Shown here piece after piece: positions 36,114 to 45,191 of a stretch of 64,000 bases of DNA (position 1 is the first letter of the stretch; each line of letters opens with the position of its first letter). A program made the translations under genes and the position numbers. The DNA is taken from assembly GCA_020846855.1 (NCBI GenBank), contig JADLDD010000081.1, positions 16,517-80,516 on the forward strand, written 5' to 3'. Source of the DNA: Acidimicrobiia bacterium. Lineage in GTDB: Bacteria > Actinomycetota > Acidimicrobiia > IMCC26256 > JADLDD01. Under the pieces are notes generated by a model. That model did no database searches. It saw nothing but the letters and a program-made list of their open reading frames with translations, and was not told the origin of the DNA.

Positions 36114-36950
36114 CTACGAGGGAGGTTCGGCCAGGCGGCTTCGGAGCTGGAGGATCGCCTTGGTGTGGATCTGGCAGATGCGGCTCTCGGTCACCCCGAG
36201 GACGTCGCCGATCTCGGCCAGGGTCAGACCCTCGTAGTAGTAGAGCGTGAGGACCAGGCGCTCGCGGTCCGACATCCGGTTGATGGCGTCGGCGAGGAGG
36301 CGCTTCATCTCGTCGACCTCGAACGCCGCCGCCGGGTCGAACGCGCCGTCGCTGATCGTGTCGCCGACGGTGGTGCCGGAACCGTCGTCGCCGCCGGCCA
36401 CGACGTCGTCGAGCGCGACGAGGCCGACGAAGGAGATCTGGCCGAGGGTGGACGACAGCTCGTCTTCGGTCATGCCGAGCTCGGCCGCCACCTCGGCGTC
36501 GTCGGGGCTGCGCCGCAGCTCGTGCTCCAGCTTCCCGTAGGCGCGCTCGATCGCCCGGGCCTTGGCCCGTACCGAGCGGGGAACCCAGTCGATGGAGCGC
36601 AGCTCGTCGATGATCGCTCCCTTGATGCGGGAGATCGCGTAGGTCTCGAACTTGAAGCCCCGCTCGGGGTCGTACTTCTCGATGGCGTCGATGAGGCCGA
36701 AGATCCCGTAGCTGACGAGGTCGGACTGCTCGATGCTCTGCGGGAGGCCGGCGGCCACCCGTCCGGCGACGAACTTGACGAGCGGCGAGTAGTGCAGGAT
36801 CAGGCGCTCACGGGCCTCCCCCGCGGCCGACGCCTTGTAGTCGCGCCAGAGGTCGGCGACGGCGTCGCGTTCCGGGTCGAGTCCGGCGGCGGCCGCCGAG
36901 GGCTCAGGCACGGGGGTGGGTGGAGTCGTAGACGGCACGGAGACGCTCAC
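36114..36950 (-). CDS. whiG: FliA/WhiG family RNA polymerase sigma factor
   Basis: Regions 2, 3 and 4: LILHYSPLVKFVAGR, DLVSYGIFGLIDAIEKYDP, FETYAISRIKGAIIDELR, LTLAEIGDVLGVTESRICQIH. Confidence 0.9.
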   Translation of the reverse strand: MSVSVPSTTPPTPVPEPSAAAAGLDPERDAVADLWRDYKASAAGEARERLILHYSPLVKFVAGRVAAGLPQSIEQSDLVSYGIFGLIDAIEKYDPERGFKFETYAISRIKGAIIDELRSIDWVPRSVRAKARAIERAYGKLEHELRRSPDDAEVAAELGMTEDELSSTLGQISFVGLVALDDVVAGGDDGSGTTVGDTISDGAFDPAAAFEVDEMKRLLADAINRMSDRERLVLTLYYYEGLTLAEIGDVLGVTESRICQIHTKAILQLRSRLAEPPS

Positions 36951-37950
36951 TGGTCACGTGGGTGTAGATCTGCGTGGTGGCCAGGTCGGTGTGGCCGAGG
37001 AGCTCCTGCACGGCTCGGAGGTCGGCTCCGCCCTCGAGGAGGTGCGTGGCGTACGCGTGGCGGAACGCGTGGGGGTGCAGGACCTGCCCGTCGGCCAGCG
37101 GGTGGCGCGACACGATCCGGCGCGCGTCGCGCGGGGTCAGCGCCCGGCCGCGGGCGTTCACGAACACGACCCCGGAGGCGTCGGGGCCGGCGAGCTCGGG
37201 CCGGGCCTCGTCGAGGTACAGGCGCAGCGCGTCGAGCGCCGAACCCCCCACCGGGACCCTACGCACCTTGGCGCCCTTGCCCGTGACGGTCAGCGAGCCT
37301 CGGGCCAGGTCGCAGTCGGCGACACGCAGCGCGCAGCACTCGGCCACCCGCAGGCCGGCGCCGTAGAGCACCTCGAGCACGGCGGCGTCGCGCCGGGCCG
37401 TGGCCAGCCGGCGGCGTTCACGGGCATCCTGGACCCGGCCCGGCGTCGCCTCCCTCGACGGGCTTCCGTCCTCTGGGTCGGCGTCGGCCGCGAGCGCGGC
37501 CGAGTCGAGGAGCCGGGCCACCTCGTGGCTCCGGGGCACGCGGGGTAGACGGGCCGGGCCCTTGGGGGCCCGCAACGTGCGGCCCGGGTCGGCGTCGAGG
37601 TGCCCGTGGCGGTGCAGGAAGCGGGAGAAGGCACGCACGGCGGCGGCCTTCCGGGCGATCGAGCGCCGCGCGAACCCCCGCGTGGTGAGGTACCCGAGGT
37701 AGCGGCGGAGCACCAGGCGGTCGAGCGCCCCGGTCGAGGGGCATCCGCCGCGGTCGGCCCACCTCGCGAACTGCGCGACGTCGCGGCGGTACGCGTCGCG
37801 GGTGTGGGGGCTGCATCCCGTCAGCGAGGCGGTGAACTCGCCGACCAGCGACCCGAACACCCCCGCGGGCGCCTCGCCGGACGCCTCGCCGGGCACCCCC
37901 TCGGTTCCGGCCACGGGGCGTCCGCCGCCCCGCCCGTCGTGGTCAGCCAT
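36904..37950 (-). CDS. xerC: Tyrosine recombinase XerC/XerD family
   Basis: Catalytic residues are in context (RVAECCAL, HAFRHAYATHLL, GHTDLATTQIYTHV). Start chosen at MADHDGRGGG (37950). The 3' end overlaps the whiG start by 47 nt. Confidence 0.88.
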   Translation of the reverse strand: MADHDGRGGGRPVAGTEGVPGEASGEAPAGVFGSLVGEFTASLTGCSPHTRDAYRRDVAQFARWADRGGCPSTGALDRLVLRRYLGYLTTRGFARRSIARKAAAVRAFSRFLHRHGHLDADPGRTLRAPKGPARLPRVPRSHEVARLLDSAALAADADPEDGSPSREATPGRVQDARERRRLATARRDAAVLEVLYGAGLRVAECCALRVADCDLARGSLTVTGKGAKVRRVPVGGSALDALRLYLDEARPELAGPDASGVVFVNARGRALTPRDARRIVSRHPLADGQVLHPHAFRHAYATHLLEGGADLRAVQELLGHTDLATTQIYTHVTSERLRAVYDSTHPRA

Positions 37951-38078
37951 CCGGTCGGATACCACCTCGCCAGCCTCTGGTCGTCGGCACCGGGCCGGGG
38001 TCGCCCCGCCGGGACGGCCCGACCGCGGCACCGCAAGCACCCCTCGCAAGCCCGGGTCGGCGGCGACTCCGCACGCCC

Positions 38079-38150
38079 GCTCGCACATCAGCTCGTAGGT
38101 CCGCTCTCACGTCCGCTCGTACACCTGCTCGCAGTTCCGCTCGGCGGGCC
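38079..38150. repeat. Six degenerate 12 bp units (GCTCNNANNTCC-like) in the xerC/comM divergent intergenic region
   Basis: gctcgcacatca gctcgtaggtcc gctctcacgtcc gctcgtacacct gctcgcagttcc gctcggcgggcc, read directly. Confidence 0.7.
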
Positions 38151-38397
38151 GCCGGGAACGACGGGCCCGGACGCCGCCCGAAACGTGGTGCACGACCCGA
38201 ACCGACCCGTTGCGGGTCCGACGACCCTACCGCGCTCGGTGGCCGAAGTGGTGCAAGCCACCCGGCCGGGGCGGCTCGTTCCTCCGGCGCCGGCGCCGCG
38301 GGCGGTAGGTGTCGCAGGGACAGGTTATGGTGCGCCCACCGTCGAGGCGCCGCGGTCACGGCCCTCCTGCCCATCCCAACGGTCAGGAGGTCACCCG

Positions 38398-39900
38398 GTG
38401 CTCGCGTCGGTCCCCAGCGCCACCCTCCTCGGAATCGACGGCCAGCTCGTCGAGGTCGAGGTCCACATCTCCAACGGGCTCCCCTCGTACACCGTCGTCG
38501 GCCTCCCCGATGCCTCGGTCCGCGAGTCACGGGAACGCGTGCGCGCCGCGCTGATCTCGTCGGAGATCGAGTTCCCGAAGCGGCGGATCACGGTGAACCT
38601 GGCCCCGGCCGGGGTGCGCAAGTCGGGCGCCGGCCTGGAGCTGGCGGTGGCCGCCGGCCTGATGATCGTCGGGGGCGACCTCCCGTCGGGCTGCCTCGAC
38701 GGCGTCGGCCTGATCGGGGAGCTCGGCCTCGACGGCACGGTCCGCCGCGTCCCGGGTGTCCTGGCCCTCGTCGACACGCTGGCCCGGGCCGGGGTCGGAA
38801 CCGTCGTCGTCCCGGCCGGCAACGCCCACGAGGCCGCACTCGTCGACGGGGTCGAGGTGCGCCCGACCCGCAGCCTCGGTGAGCTCCGGTGCTGCCTGAA
38901 GGGCGAGATGCCGTGGCCGCCTCCCCCCGACCCTCCCCCCGGGCGACCCGACCCAGGGGGCGCCGACGCGATGGGCGACCTCTCCGACGTCCGGGGCCTG
39001 GCCGTCGCCCGCACCGCCCTGGCGGCCGCGGCGGCGGGCGGCCACCACCTGCTCCTCGCCGGCCCACCCGGCGTCGGCAAGACGATGCTGGCGCAGCGGC
39101 TGCCGTCGATCATGGAGCCGCTCGGTCGGGCCGAGGCCCTCGAGGTCACCCGGGTCCACTCGGCGACCGGCCAGGTCCACGACGGCCGCCTGATCGAGCG
39201 ACCGCCGTTCCGGGCCCCGCACCACACCGCGTCCCCTCCGGCCCTGGTGGGGGGTGGCAGCGGGCGCCCCCACCCCGGCGAGGTCACCCTCGCGCACCGT
39301 GGGGTGTTGTTCCTCGACGAGCTCGGCGAGTTCCCGCCCCGGGCGCTCGACGCGCTCCGCCAACCGCTCGAGGAGAGGGTGGTCCGGATCTCCCGGGTGC
39401 CCACCAGCCTCGAGCTCCCCGCCGACTTCCTCCTCGTCGCGTGCACCAACCCGTGCCCGTGCGGCCGGGGCGCCCCGAGTTGCACCTGCACCGACGCGCA
39501 ACAGGACCGGTACCGGCGGCGCCTGTCGGCACCCCTCCTCGACCGCTTCGACCTCCGGGTCTCGGTGTCGGCGCCGGGCCCCGACGACGGACCCGGCGAG
39601 GCCTCGGCGGCGGTGGCGTCCCGGGTGTCGGCCGCGATCGCCCGCCAGGAGGCCCGCCTCGCCGACTGGCCGTGGCGGCGCAACGCCCACGTACCGGCCG
39701 GGGCGCTCGAACGACTCGTGCCGCTCGGGCCCGACTCCGACGCCGCGTGGCGCGACGCGATCCGGCTCAACGGCCTGAGCGGGCGGGGCGCGGCCCGCAT
39801 CCGCCGGGTGGCGCGGACCCTCGCCGACCTGGCCGACCGAACCGACGTCGACCCCCCCACCGTGATGCTGGCCGCCTCCCTGCGCGAGGACGTCCCGTGA
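38398..39900 (+). CDS. comM: YifB/ComM family Mg-chelatase-like ATPase
   Basis: Lon-like N-domain (LLGIDGQLVEVEVHISNGLPSYTVVGLPDASVRESRERV), Walker A GPPGVGKTM, Walker B VLFLDEL, and a CPCG zinc motif. GTG 38398 with AGGAGG 7 nt upstream. Confidence 0.92.
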   Translation: MLASVPSATLLGIDGQLVEVEVHISNGLPSYTVVGLPDASVRESRERVRAALISSEIEFPKRRITVNLAPAGVRKSGAGLELAVAAGLMIVGGDLPSGCLDGVGLIGELGLDGTVRRVPGVLALVDTLARAGVGTVVVPAGNAHEAALVDGVEVRPTRSLGELRCCLKGEMPWPPPPDPPPGRPDPGGADAMGDLSDVRGLAVARTALAAAAAGGHHLLLAGPPGVGKTMLAQRLPSIMEPLGRAEALEVTRVHSATGQVHDGRLIERPPFRAPHHTASPPALVGGGSGRPHPGEVTLAHRGVLFLDELGEFPPRALDALRQPLEERVVRISRVPTSLELPADFLLVACTNPCPCGRGAPSCTCTDAQQDRYRRRLSAPLLDRFDLRVSVSAPGPDDGPGEASAAVASRVSAAIARQEARLADWPWRRNAHVPAGALERLVPLGPDSDAAWRDAIRLNGLSGRGAARIRRVARTLADLADRTDVDPPTVMLAASLREDVP

Positions 39901-41039
39901 CCGACGCCGCGCGGGTCACCCCCGGCCTGGACCTCCCCGCGACTCGCCCGACGGTCGCCGCGGCCACGCTCGTGCAGCTACCACGGATGAGGCCCGACCG
40001 CCTCCGCGCCCTCGCCGACCGCTGGCCCGACCCCGTCACGGCCCTGCGGGCCGTGTGCCGCGGGCAGGCGGCCGCGGCGCTGGTCCACGCCGCCGGGCCG
40101 CGCTCCGATGCGGGGCGCCGGCGCCTGGCCGCCGAGTGGGCGGCCGCCGCCGACCCGGACGCGACCGCCCGGGCCCTGGCCCGCCGATCGACACGCGTCC
40201 TCCTCGAGGGCCGGCCCGGATACCCGATCAAGGACCCCCTCCCCGACCGCCCGCCGTACCTGCTGTCCGAGGGCGACGGCCTCGAGGCCCTCCAGCGGCC
40301 CCGCGTCGCGGTCGTCGGGACCCGCGCCGCCACCCCGCACGGCCTCGCCGACGCCCGCCGCCTGGGCGAGGCCCTCGCCGAGGCCGGCGCCACCGTCGTC
40401 AGCGGCCTGGCCATCGGGATCGACGCCGCCGCCCACGAGGGGGCCCTCGCGGCGGGCGGGCTCGTGGTGGGCGTGGTGGCCACCGGCCCCGACGTCGTGT
40501 ACCCCCGGCGCCACGTCCGCCTGTTCGACCAGGTCCGCTCGTCGGGCCTCCTGCTCAGCGAGGCGGGCTTCGGCACGCCGCCCGAACCGTTCCGCTTCCC
40601 GATCCGCAACCGGATCATCGCCGCCCTCGCCGACGTCGTCGTGGTGGTGGAGGCCAAGGTCACCGGCGGGACCCGTAGCACGGCCGGGCACGCCCTCGAC
40701 TACGGGCGTGACATCTGGGCGCAGCCCGGATCCGTCCGCAACCCTGCGGCCGAGGGGTGCAACCGCCTCGTGGCGGAAGGCGCGCTGCCCCTCCTGGACC
40801 ACGCCGAGCTGATCGAGTCGCTCGACCTGACGCCCCGCGGGCGGCGCGACCCGGCCCGGCCGCCGGTACCGGCCGGGGCGCCCCGGGCCGTCCTGGCCGC
40901 CTGCGGCGGTGAGGCCACCACCACCGACCAGCTCGTCAGCCGGACGGGCCTGTCTCCCACCGAGGTGGCGACGGCGGCCGCCATCCTCCAGAAAGGTGGT
41001 CACCTCATCCGCTCGCGAGGAACGTGGTGGCCGACCTGA
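39897..41039 (+). CDS. dprA: DNA processing protein DprA (Smf)
   Basis: VVGTRAATPHGL, SGLAIGIDAAAH, FPIRNRIIAALADVVVVVEA and GTRSTAGHALDYGRDIWAQPG. GTGA overlap with the comM stop. Confidence 0.9.
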   Translation: MTDAARVTPGLDLPATRPTVAAATLVQLPRMRPDRLRALADRWPDPVTALRAVCRGQAAAALVHAAGPRSDAGRRRLAAEWAAAADPDATARALARRSTRVLLEGRPGYPIKDPLPDRPPYLLSEGDGLEALQRPRVAVVGTRAATPHGLADARRLGEALAEAGATVVSGLAIGIDAAAHEGALAAGGLVVGVVATGPDVVYPRRHVRLFDQVRSSGLLLSEAGFGTPPEPFRFPIRNRIIAALADVVVVVEAKVTGGTRSTAGHALDYGRDIWAQPGSVRNPAAEGCNRLVAEGALPLLDHAELIESLDLTPRGRRDPARPPVPAGAPRAVLAACGGEATTTDQLVSRTGLSPTEVATAAAILQKGGHLIRSRGTWWPT

Positions 41040-41090
41040 GACCTCCCGAACGCGTTTCAGGACCGGGGCCGGGCTGCCGATACCGCGGGG

Positions 41091-41318
41091 GTGAACCTGG
41101 AACGGTGTCCTTACGACGGGTCGGCGGTCGAGGTCGACAGCTACTCCGGCGGGTCCTTCATGCTGACCTGCCGCACCTGCGGCGCCGCGTGGGAGGTCCA
41201 CAACGTCCTCAGCCGGCGGGTGACCGAGCCTGACTGGGACGCGGCCCGCCGCCACCGGGCCCGCGCCGCGGTCGACGCCGAGCGCGATCCGGTCCCCCCC
41301 GACCTCTCGATGCCGTAG
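41091..41318 (+). CDS. Small hypothetical protein with a Cys-x20-CxxC-x5-His pattern (zinc-ribbon-like)
   Basis: 75 aa with high GC3: VNLERCPYDG...LTCRTCGAAWEVH. No family recognised. GTG start. Confidence 0.45.
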   Translation: MNLERCPYDGSAVEVDSYSGGSFMLTCRTCGAAWEVHNVLSRRVTEPDWDAARRHRARAAVDAERDPVPPDLSMP

Positions 41319-41448
41319 CCGCCGCGCCCGCGACCCCGCGCCCCGCCCGGTGCACCGTACCGGCGGACCGCGGGCCCTCACGGCTCCACGGCACCGACGC
41401 GGCGCCGGGTGGGAGCGGGCTACGACCTAGCGGTCGACGCCGGTGGCG

Positions 41449-42237
41449 TCAGCGCCCGGTGAAGCGCGGCTCTCGTTTCTGCACGAACGCCATCATCGCC
41501 TCGGCGGTGTCGGCCGACGAGAAGTTCACCGTCTGGGCGACACCCTCGAGCTCCACGGCCTGGGGCAGCGTCAGGCCCATCGACTGGTTGAGAGCCATCT
41601 TCATCATCGACAGCGGGATCGGCGGCAGCGCCGCGAGCCGGCCCGCGAGCTCGGCCACGGCCGTCCCGAGGTCATCGGGGGGAACAACCCGGTTGACGAT
41701 CCCGATCTCGGCCGCCTTCTCCGCGGAGATGATCTCGCCGAGGAACGCGAGCTCCTTCGCCTTGTGGAGGCCGACCAGCCGGGGAAGGATCCAGCTACCG
41801 CCGAAGTCGAGGGTCAACGACCGCTGGACGAAGATCTGGCTGAAGCGCGCCGACTCCGACGCCACGATGAGGTCGCATCCGAGCGCCAGGTTGCAGCCGG
41901 CCCCGGCCGCGACCCCGTTGACGGCGGCGATGGTCGGCTTCGGGAGCTCGTGGAGCCGGATCGCCGCCTGCCCGACCACCCGCATCCGGGCCAGCGCCCC
42001 CCCGACGCCCCTCGTCAGGTTCTCGGAGTTGTCCTCGTCGGTGAGGTCGGCGCCGGAGCAGAAGCCGTCGCCGGCCCCGGTGACGACGAGGACCCGGTCG
42101 TCGGGGTCGTGAGCCACCTCGTCGAACACCTGGCTCAGCTCCGACCACATCGCCCCGTTGATCGCGTTCTTCTTCGCCGGCCGGTTGAGGGTGACCGTCA
42201 CCACCCCGTCGGCGCGTTCGACGACCAACGTCTCCAT
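41449..42237 (-). CDS. Enoyl-CoA hydratase/isomerase family protein
   Basis: METLVVERADGVVTVTLNRPAKKNAI, FCSGADL, AAVNGVAAGAGCNLALGCD. Confidence 0.9.
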   Translation of the reverse strand: METLVVERADGVVTVTLNRPAKKNAINGAMWSELSQVFDEVAHDPDDRVLVVTGAGDGFCSGADLTDEDNSENLTRGVGGALARMRVVGQAAIRLHELPKPTIAAVNGVAAGAGCNLALGCDLIVASESARFSQIFVQRSLTLDFGGSWILPRLVGLHKAKELAFLGEIISAEKAAEIGIVNRVVPPDDLGTAVAELAGRLAALPPIPLSMMKMALNQSMGLTLPQAVELEGVAQTVNFSSADTAEAMMAFVQKREPRFTGR

Positions 42238-42377
42238 GCGGTGCTCCCTCCTGCGCGCCGCCGGACCGGGCGCGACCGGCGCACCGTAGCGGCCTCCGAC
42301 CCCGGCCCGCCGGTCCCGGGCCCACCGGTCCCGCCGGTTGCCCCCAGCCCCGCGCACCGCCGAGCGGCGGCGGGACC

Positions 42378-42620
42378 GTGGATAGCGTGGAACGCATGGC
42401 CTACCACCACCGGCCCGGCGACGAAGGCGAGGTGCAGGTCCGCCACGTGCAGCCGTACCAGGCGGTGAAGACCTACCGCTGCCCGGGTTGCGACCACGAG
42501 ATCCGCCCCGGAGAAGGTCACGAGGTGGTGGTCCCCGTCGCCGCTCCCGACCTGCGCCGCCACTGGCACTCGGGCTGCTGGAGCCGGGCGGTCAGGCGCC
42601 GGGGAGACCGCCGCTCCTGA
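42378..42620 (+). CDS. Small conserved-looking Cys/His protein (YRCPGCDHEI...RRHWHSGCW)
   Basis: 80 aa (74 aa from ATG 42396). The CxxC ... HxHxxC pattern suggests zinc binding. Family name not recalled. Confidence 0.5.
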   Translation: MDSVERMAYHHRPGDEGEVQVRHVQPYQAVKTYRCPGCDHEIRPGEGHEVVVPVAAPDLRRHWHSGCWSRAVRRRGDRRS

Positions 42621-42653
42621 GACCGCCCCGGGCCGCGGCCGGGTTCCCCGCTC

Positions 42654-42687
42654 CCACCGGCTCCGCCCCACCGGCTCCGCCCCACCC
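42654..42687. repeat. 14 bp tandem repeat (ccaccggctccgcc x2 plus a partial unit) in a convergent intergenic region
   Basis: Read directly between the stop of the 42378-42620 ORF and the yraN stop. Confidence 0.7.
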
Positions 42688-42711
42688 GACGGCTTGCGCA
42701 GGCGCGCGGGC

Positions 42712-43095
42712 TCAGAACGCGCCCTGGAGCACCTCGATCTCGAGGTCCTGACCCGGCCGGGCCATCACCGACGCGATGTCGAAGCGGACCTCGCGCACCA
42801 CGGCCCCCGACTCGTCGAGCCAGCGGGCCGCCAGGAGGCGCAGGCGGCGGCGCTTCTCGTGGGTGATCGCCTCGACGGGAGCCCCGAAGCGGTCGCCGCT
42901 CCGGGTCTTGACCTCGCAGAACACGACCACCCGGTCACGCCCGACGACCAGGTCGAGCTCGCCGTCGCGCCGGCGCCAGTTGCGGTCGAGGATCTCGAAC
43001 CCTTCGTCCTGGTACCAGCGGGCGACGGCCTCCTCGCCCCGTGCTCCCAGCGCCCGGCGGGTGTCCCGGCCGGGCGGACGTGAAGATGCCGGCAA
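42712..43095 (-). CDS. yraN: YraN family (UPF0102) endonuclease-like protein
   Basis: GARGEEAVARWYQDEGFEILDRNWRRRDGELDLVV...VVFCEVKTR. Confidence 0.88.
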   Translation of the reverse strand: MPASSRPPGRDTRRALGARGEEAVARWYQDEGFEILDRNWRRRDGELDLVVGRDRVVVFCEVKTRSGDRFGAPVEAITHEKRRRLRLLAARWLDESGAVVREVRFDIASVMARPGQDLEIEVLQGAF

Positions 43096-43098
43096 GCG

Positions 43099-43392
43099 TC
43101 AGAACTCCTTGCCCGCCAGTTCCTCTACGTTCACGTCCTTGAAGGTGACGACGTGCACCTTGGCCACGAAGCGGGCGGGCCGGTACATGTCCCAGACCCA
43201 GGCGTCGCTCAGGAACAGCTCGACGTACTCGCGCCCGTGGTCGTCGTGGACCTCCATGCGCACGTCGTTGGTGAGGTAGAAGCGCCGCTCGGTCTCGACG
43301 ACGTACGAGAACATCGGCAGGACGTCGCGGTACTCCTTGTAGAGCTGGAGCTCGATCTCCGTCTCGTACCGCTCGAGGTCCTCGGCGCTCAC
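43099..43392 (-). CDS. DUF2469 family protein
   Basis: SAEDLERYETEIELQLYKEYRDVLPMFSYVVETERRFYLTN... Actinobacterial conserved protein next to yraN. GTG 43392. Confidence 0.85.
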   Translation of the reverse strand: MSAEDLERYETEIELQLYKEYRDVLPMFSYVVETERRFYLTNDVRMEVHDDHGREYVELFLSDAWVWDMYRPARFVAKVHVVTFKDVNVEELAGKEF

Positions 43393-43438
43393 CTGCTTCC
43401 CCTCTCGATCGGGCCAGTGTAGGCCGACCGCCGGCCGG

Positions 43439-43783
43439 TCAGGCGCGCTTCTCCTTGATCTTGGCGGCCTTACCGACCCGGCCCCGCAGGTAGTAGAGCT
43501 TGGCCCGGCGGACGTCGCCACGGGTGATCACCTCGATGCGGACGATCACCGGGGAGTGGACGGGGAACGTCCGCTCGACGCCGACCCCGAAGCTGACCTT
43601 GCGCACGGTGAAGGTCTCCCGGGCCCCGCTCCCCTGCCGGCGGATCACGGCGCCCTGGAACGGCTGCACCCGCTCCCGATTGCCCTCCACCACCCGCACG
43701 TGGACCTTGACCGTGTCGCCGGGACCGAACTCGGGCACGTCGTCGCGCAGGTACGCGCGGTCGATGAGATCGGTGGTGTTCAT
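43439..43783 (-). CDS. rplS: 50S ribosomal protein L19
   Basis: [47 protein letters not shown]... Confidence 0.95.
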   Translation of the reverse strand: MNTTDLIDRAYLRDDVPEFGPGDTVKVHVRVVEGNRERVQPFQGAVIRRQGSGARETFTVRKVSFGVGVERTFPVHSPVIVRIEVITRGDVRRAKLYYLRGRVGKAAKIKEKRA

Positions 43784-43889
43784 GGCGCGGTCCTCACGAT
43801 CGAGACGGTCGAGACACGGGTGGGAACGGGCCGGCGCGGGCGAGGCCGCGCCCATGGCGACCGGCGATCCTAGCGGAGCCGGACCCGTC

Positions 43890-44648
43890 TCACCCCTCCG
43901 AGCCGGCGACCGGGCCCGGCCCGGAACCGGGGGCGCCGCCGCCGGCCTCGGCCACGAGGCGCTCCTCCTCGGGCGTGAGCGGGCGGTCGAGGAGGTCGGG
44001 GCGGCGCTCGACGGTCCGGCGCAGGGCCCACCCCCGGCGCCACCTCCGGATCCGCTCGTGGTCACCCGAGAGGAGGACCTCGGGAACGGCCCACCCCCTG
44101 AACTCGCGAGGCCGGGTGTACTGGGGATACTCCAGCAGCCCGTCGGCGAACGACTCGTCGACGGCGGACTCCACGTTGCCCATCACCCCGGCCAGGAGGC
44201 GGGTGACGGCCTCGATCACCACCAGCGCCGCGGCCTCGCCACCGGCGAGCACGAAGTCGCCGACCGAGACCTCACCGTCGCAGAGGTGGTCGGCGACGCG
44301 CTGGTCGACGCCCTCGTAGCGGCCGCACACCAGCGAGAAGCCCGGTCCGCCGGCCAGGTCGCGGGCGTAGGCCTGGTCGAACCGCCGTCCGGCCGCGCCG
44401 AGCAGGAGGAGCGGCCGGGACGGCGAGACGGCCTCCACCGCGGCGAAGAGCGGCTCCGGGCGCATGACCATCCCGGCGCCACCACCGAACGGGGCGTCGT
44501 CGACGCTGCGGTGCCGGTCGGTGGTGTGGTCGCGGGGGTCGTGGAGGCGGACCTCGACCAGCCCCTCGCCGCGGGCCCGACCGAGCAGCGACGCCTCGAG
44601 GGGCGCCGCGAGGTACTCCGGGAAGATGGTGAAGACGTCGACGCGCAC
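43890..44648 (-). CDS. trmD: tRNA (guanine37-N1)-methyltransferase
   Basis: [36 protein letters not shown] and [14 protein letters not shown] 44648 lies 4 nt after the rimM stop. Confidence 0.92.
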   Translation of the reverse strand: MRVDVFTIFPEYLAAPLEASLLGRARGEGLVEVRLHDPRDHTTDRHRSVDDAPFGGGAGMVMRPEPLFAAVEAVSPSRPLLLLGAAGRRFDQAYARDLAGGPGFSLVCGRYEGVDQRVADHLCDGEVSVGDFVLAGGEAAALVVIEAVTRLLAGVMGNVESAVDESFADGLLEYPQYTRPREFRGWAVPEVLLSGDHERIRRWRRGWALRRTVERRPDLLDRPLTPEEERLVAEAGGGAPGSGPGPVAGSEG

Positions 44649-44652
44649 GGCG

Positions 44653-45186
44653 CTACCCGTCGCTCCGGGGAGGCCGGTCGCGAGCACTGCGTGCCGTGGC
44701 CTCGACCAGGCCGTCGGGGAGGTCGACGACGACCCGGCCCTCGTGCACCTCGACCACGAAGACCATCGGCACCAGCAGCGAGTCGTCGACCACCAGGAGG
44801 TCGTGGGCCGGGTTGGCCTCGATCGCCGTCACCCGACCCATCACCTCACCGGCCGCGTCGGACACGGTCGAGCCCACCAGCTCGTGGAGCCAGAGCTCAC
44901 CGGCCCCGAGGGCGCCGAGCGGCTCGGCCTCCAGGGTCGCCCCGGTCAACTCGGCCGCGGCGTCCCGGTCGGTGACGCCCTCGAAGCGGACCAGCCAGTG
45001 GCGGCCGTCGGGGCGAGCGTCGGCGACCCGGAGGAGGCGTTCGCCCGCGAAGAGGACGGCGCCGCGCTCCAGCCTCTCCGTGCGGTTGGTGGTGAGAGCC
45101 ACGCGGACCTCGCCGCGCAGCCCGTGGGCCCGGCCGATCCGGCCGACCGCGAGGCGGGCCGGCCCGCCCGACGCGGACCCCGGCAC
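44653..45186 (-). CDS. rimM: Ribosome maturation factor RimM
   Basis: LAVGRIGRAHGLRGEVRV, and the PRC barrel C-terminus. Confidence 0.9.
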   Translation of the reverse strand: MPGSASGGPARLAVGRIGRAHGLRGEVRVALTTNRTERLERGAVLFAGERLLRVADARPDGRHWLVRFEGVTDRDAAAELTGATLEAEPLGALGAGELWLHELVGSTVSDAAGEVMGRVTAIEANPAHDLLVVDDSLLVPMVFVVEVHEGRVVVDLPDGLVEATARSARDRPPRSDG

Positions 45187-45191
45187 GACGC

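Noticed and set aside
36904-37950. xerC as a marker of an integrative mobile element
   Set aside because: It sits in the conserved whiG-xerC housekeeping context. No att-like direct repeats, tRNA target, excisionase or phage/IS genes are nearby. It is most likely the chromosome-dimer-resolution recombinase.
38226-38310. tRNA-like or structured RNA candidate (ggccgaagtggtgcaagccacc hairpin enclosed by cctaccgc...gcggtagg)
   Set aside because: The D-loop-like string is suggestive, but no T-arm (GTTCRANYC), anticodon arm or 7 bp acceptor stem can be drawn on either strand. The long-range stem is only 8 bp in GC-rich DNA. Not supportable as an RNA gene without covariation data.
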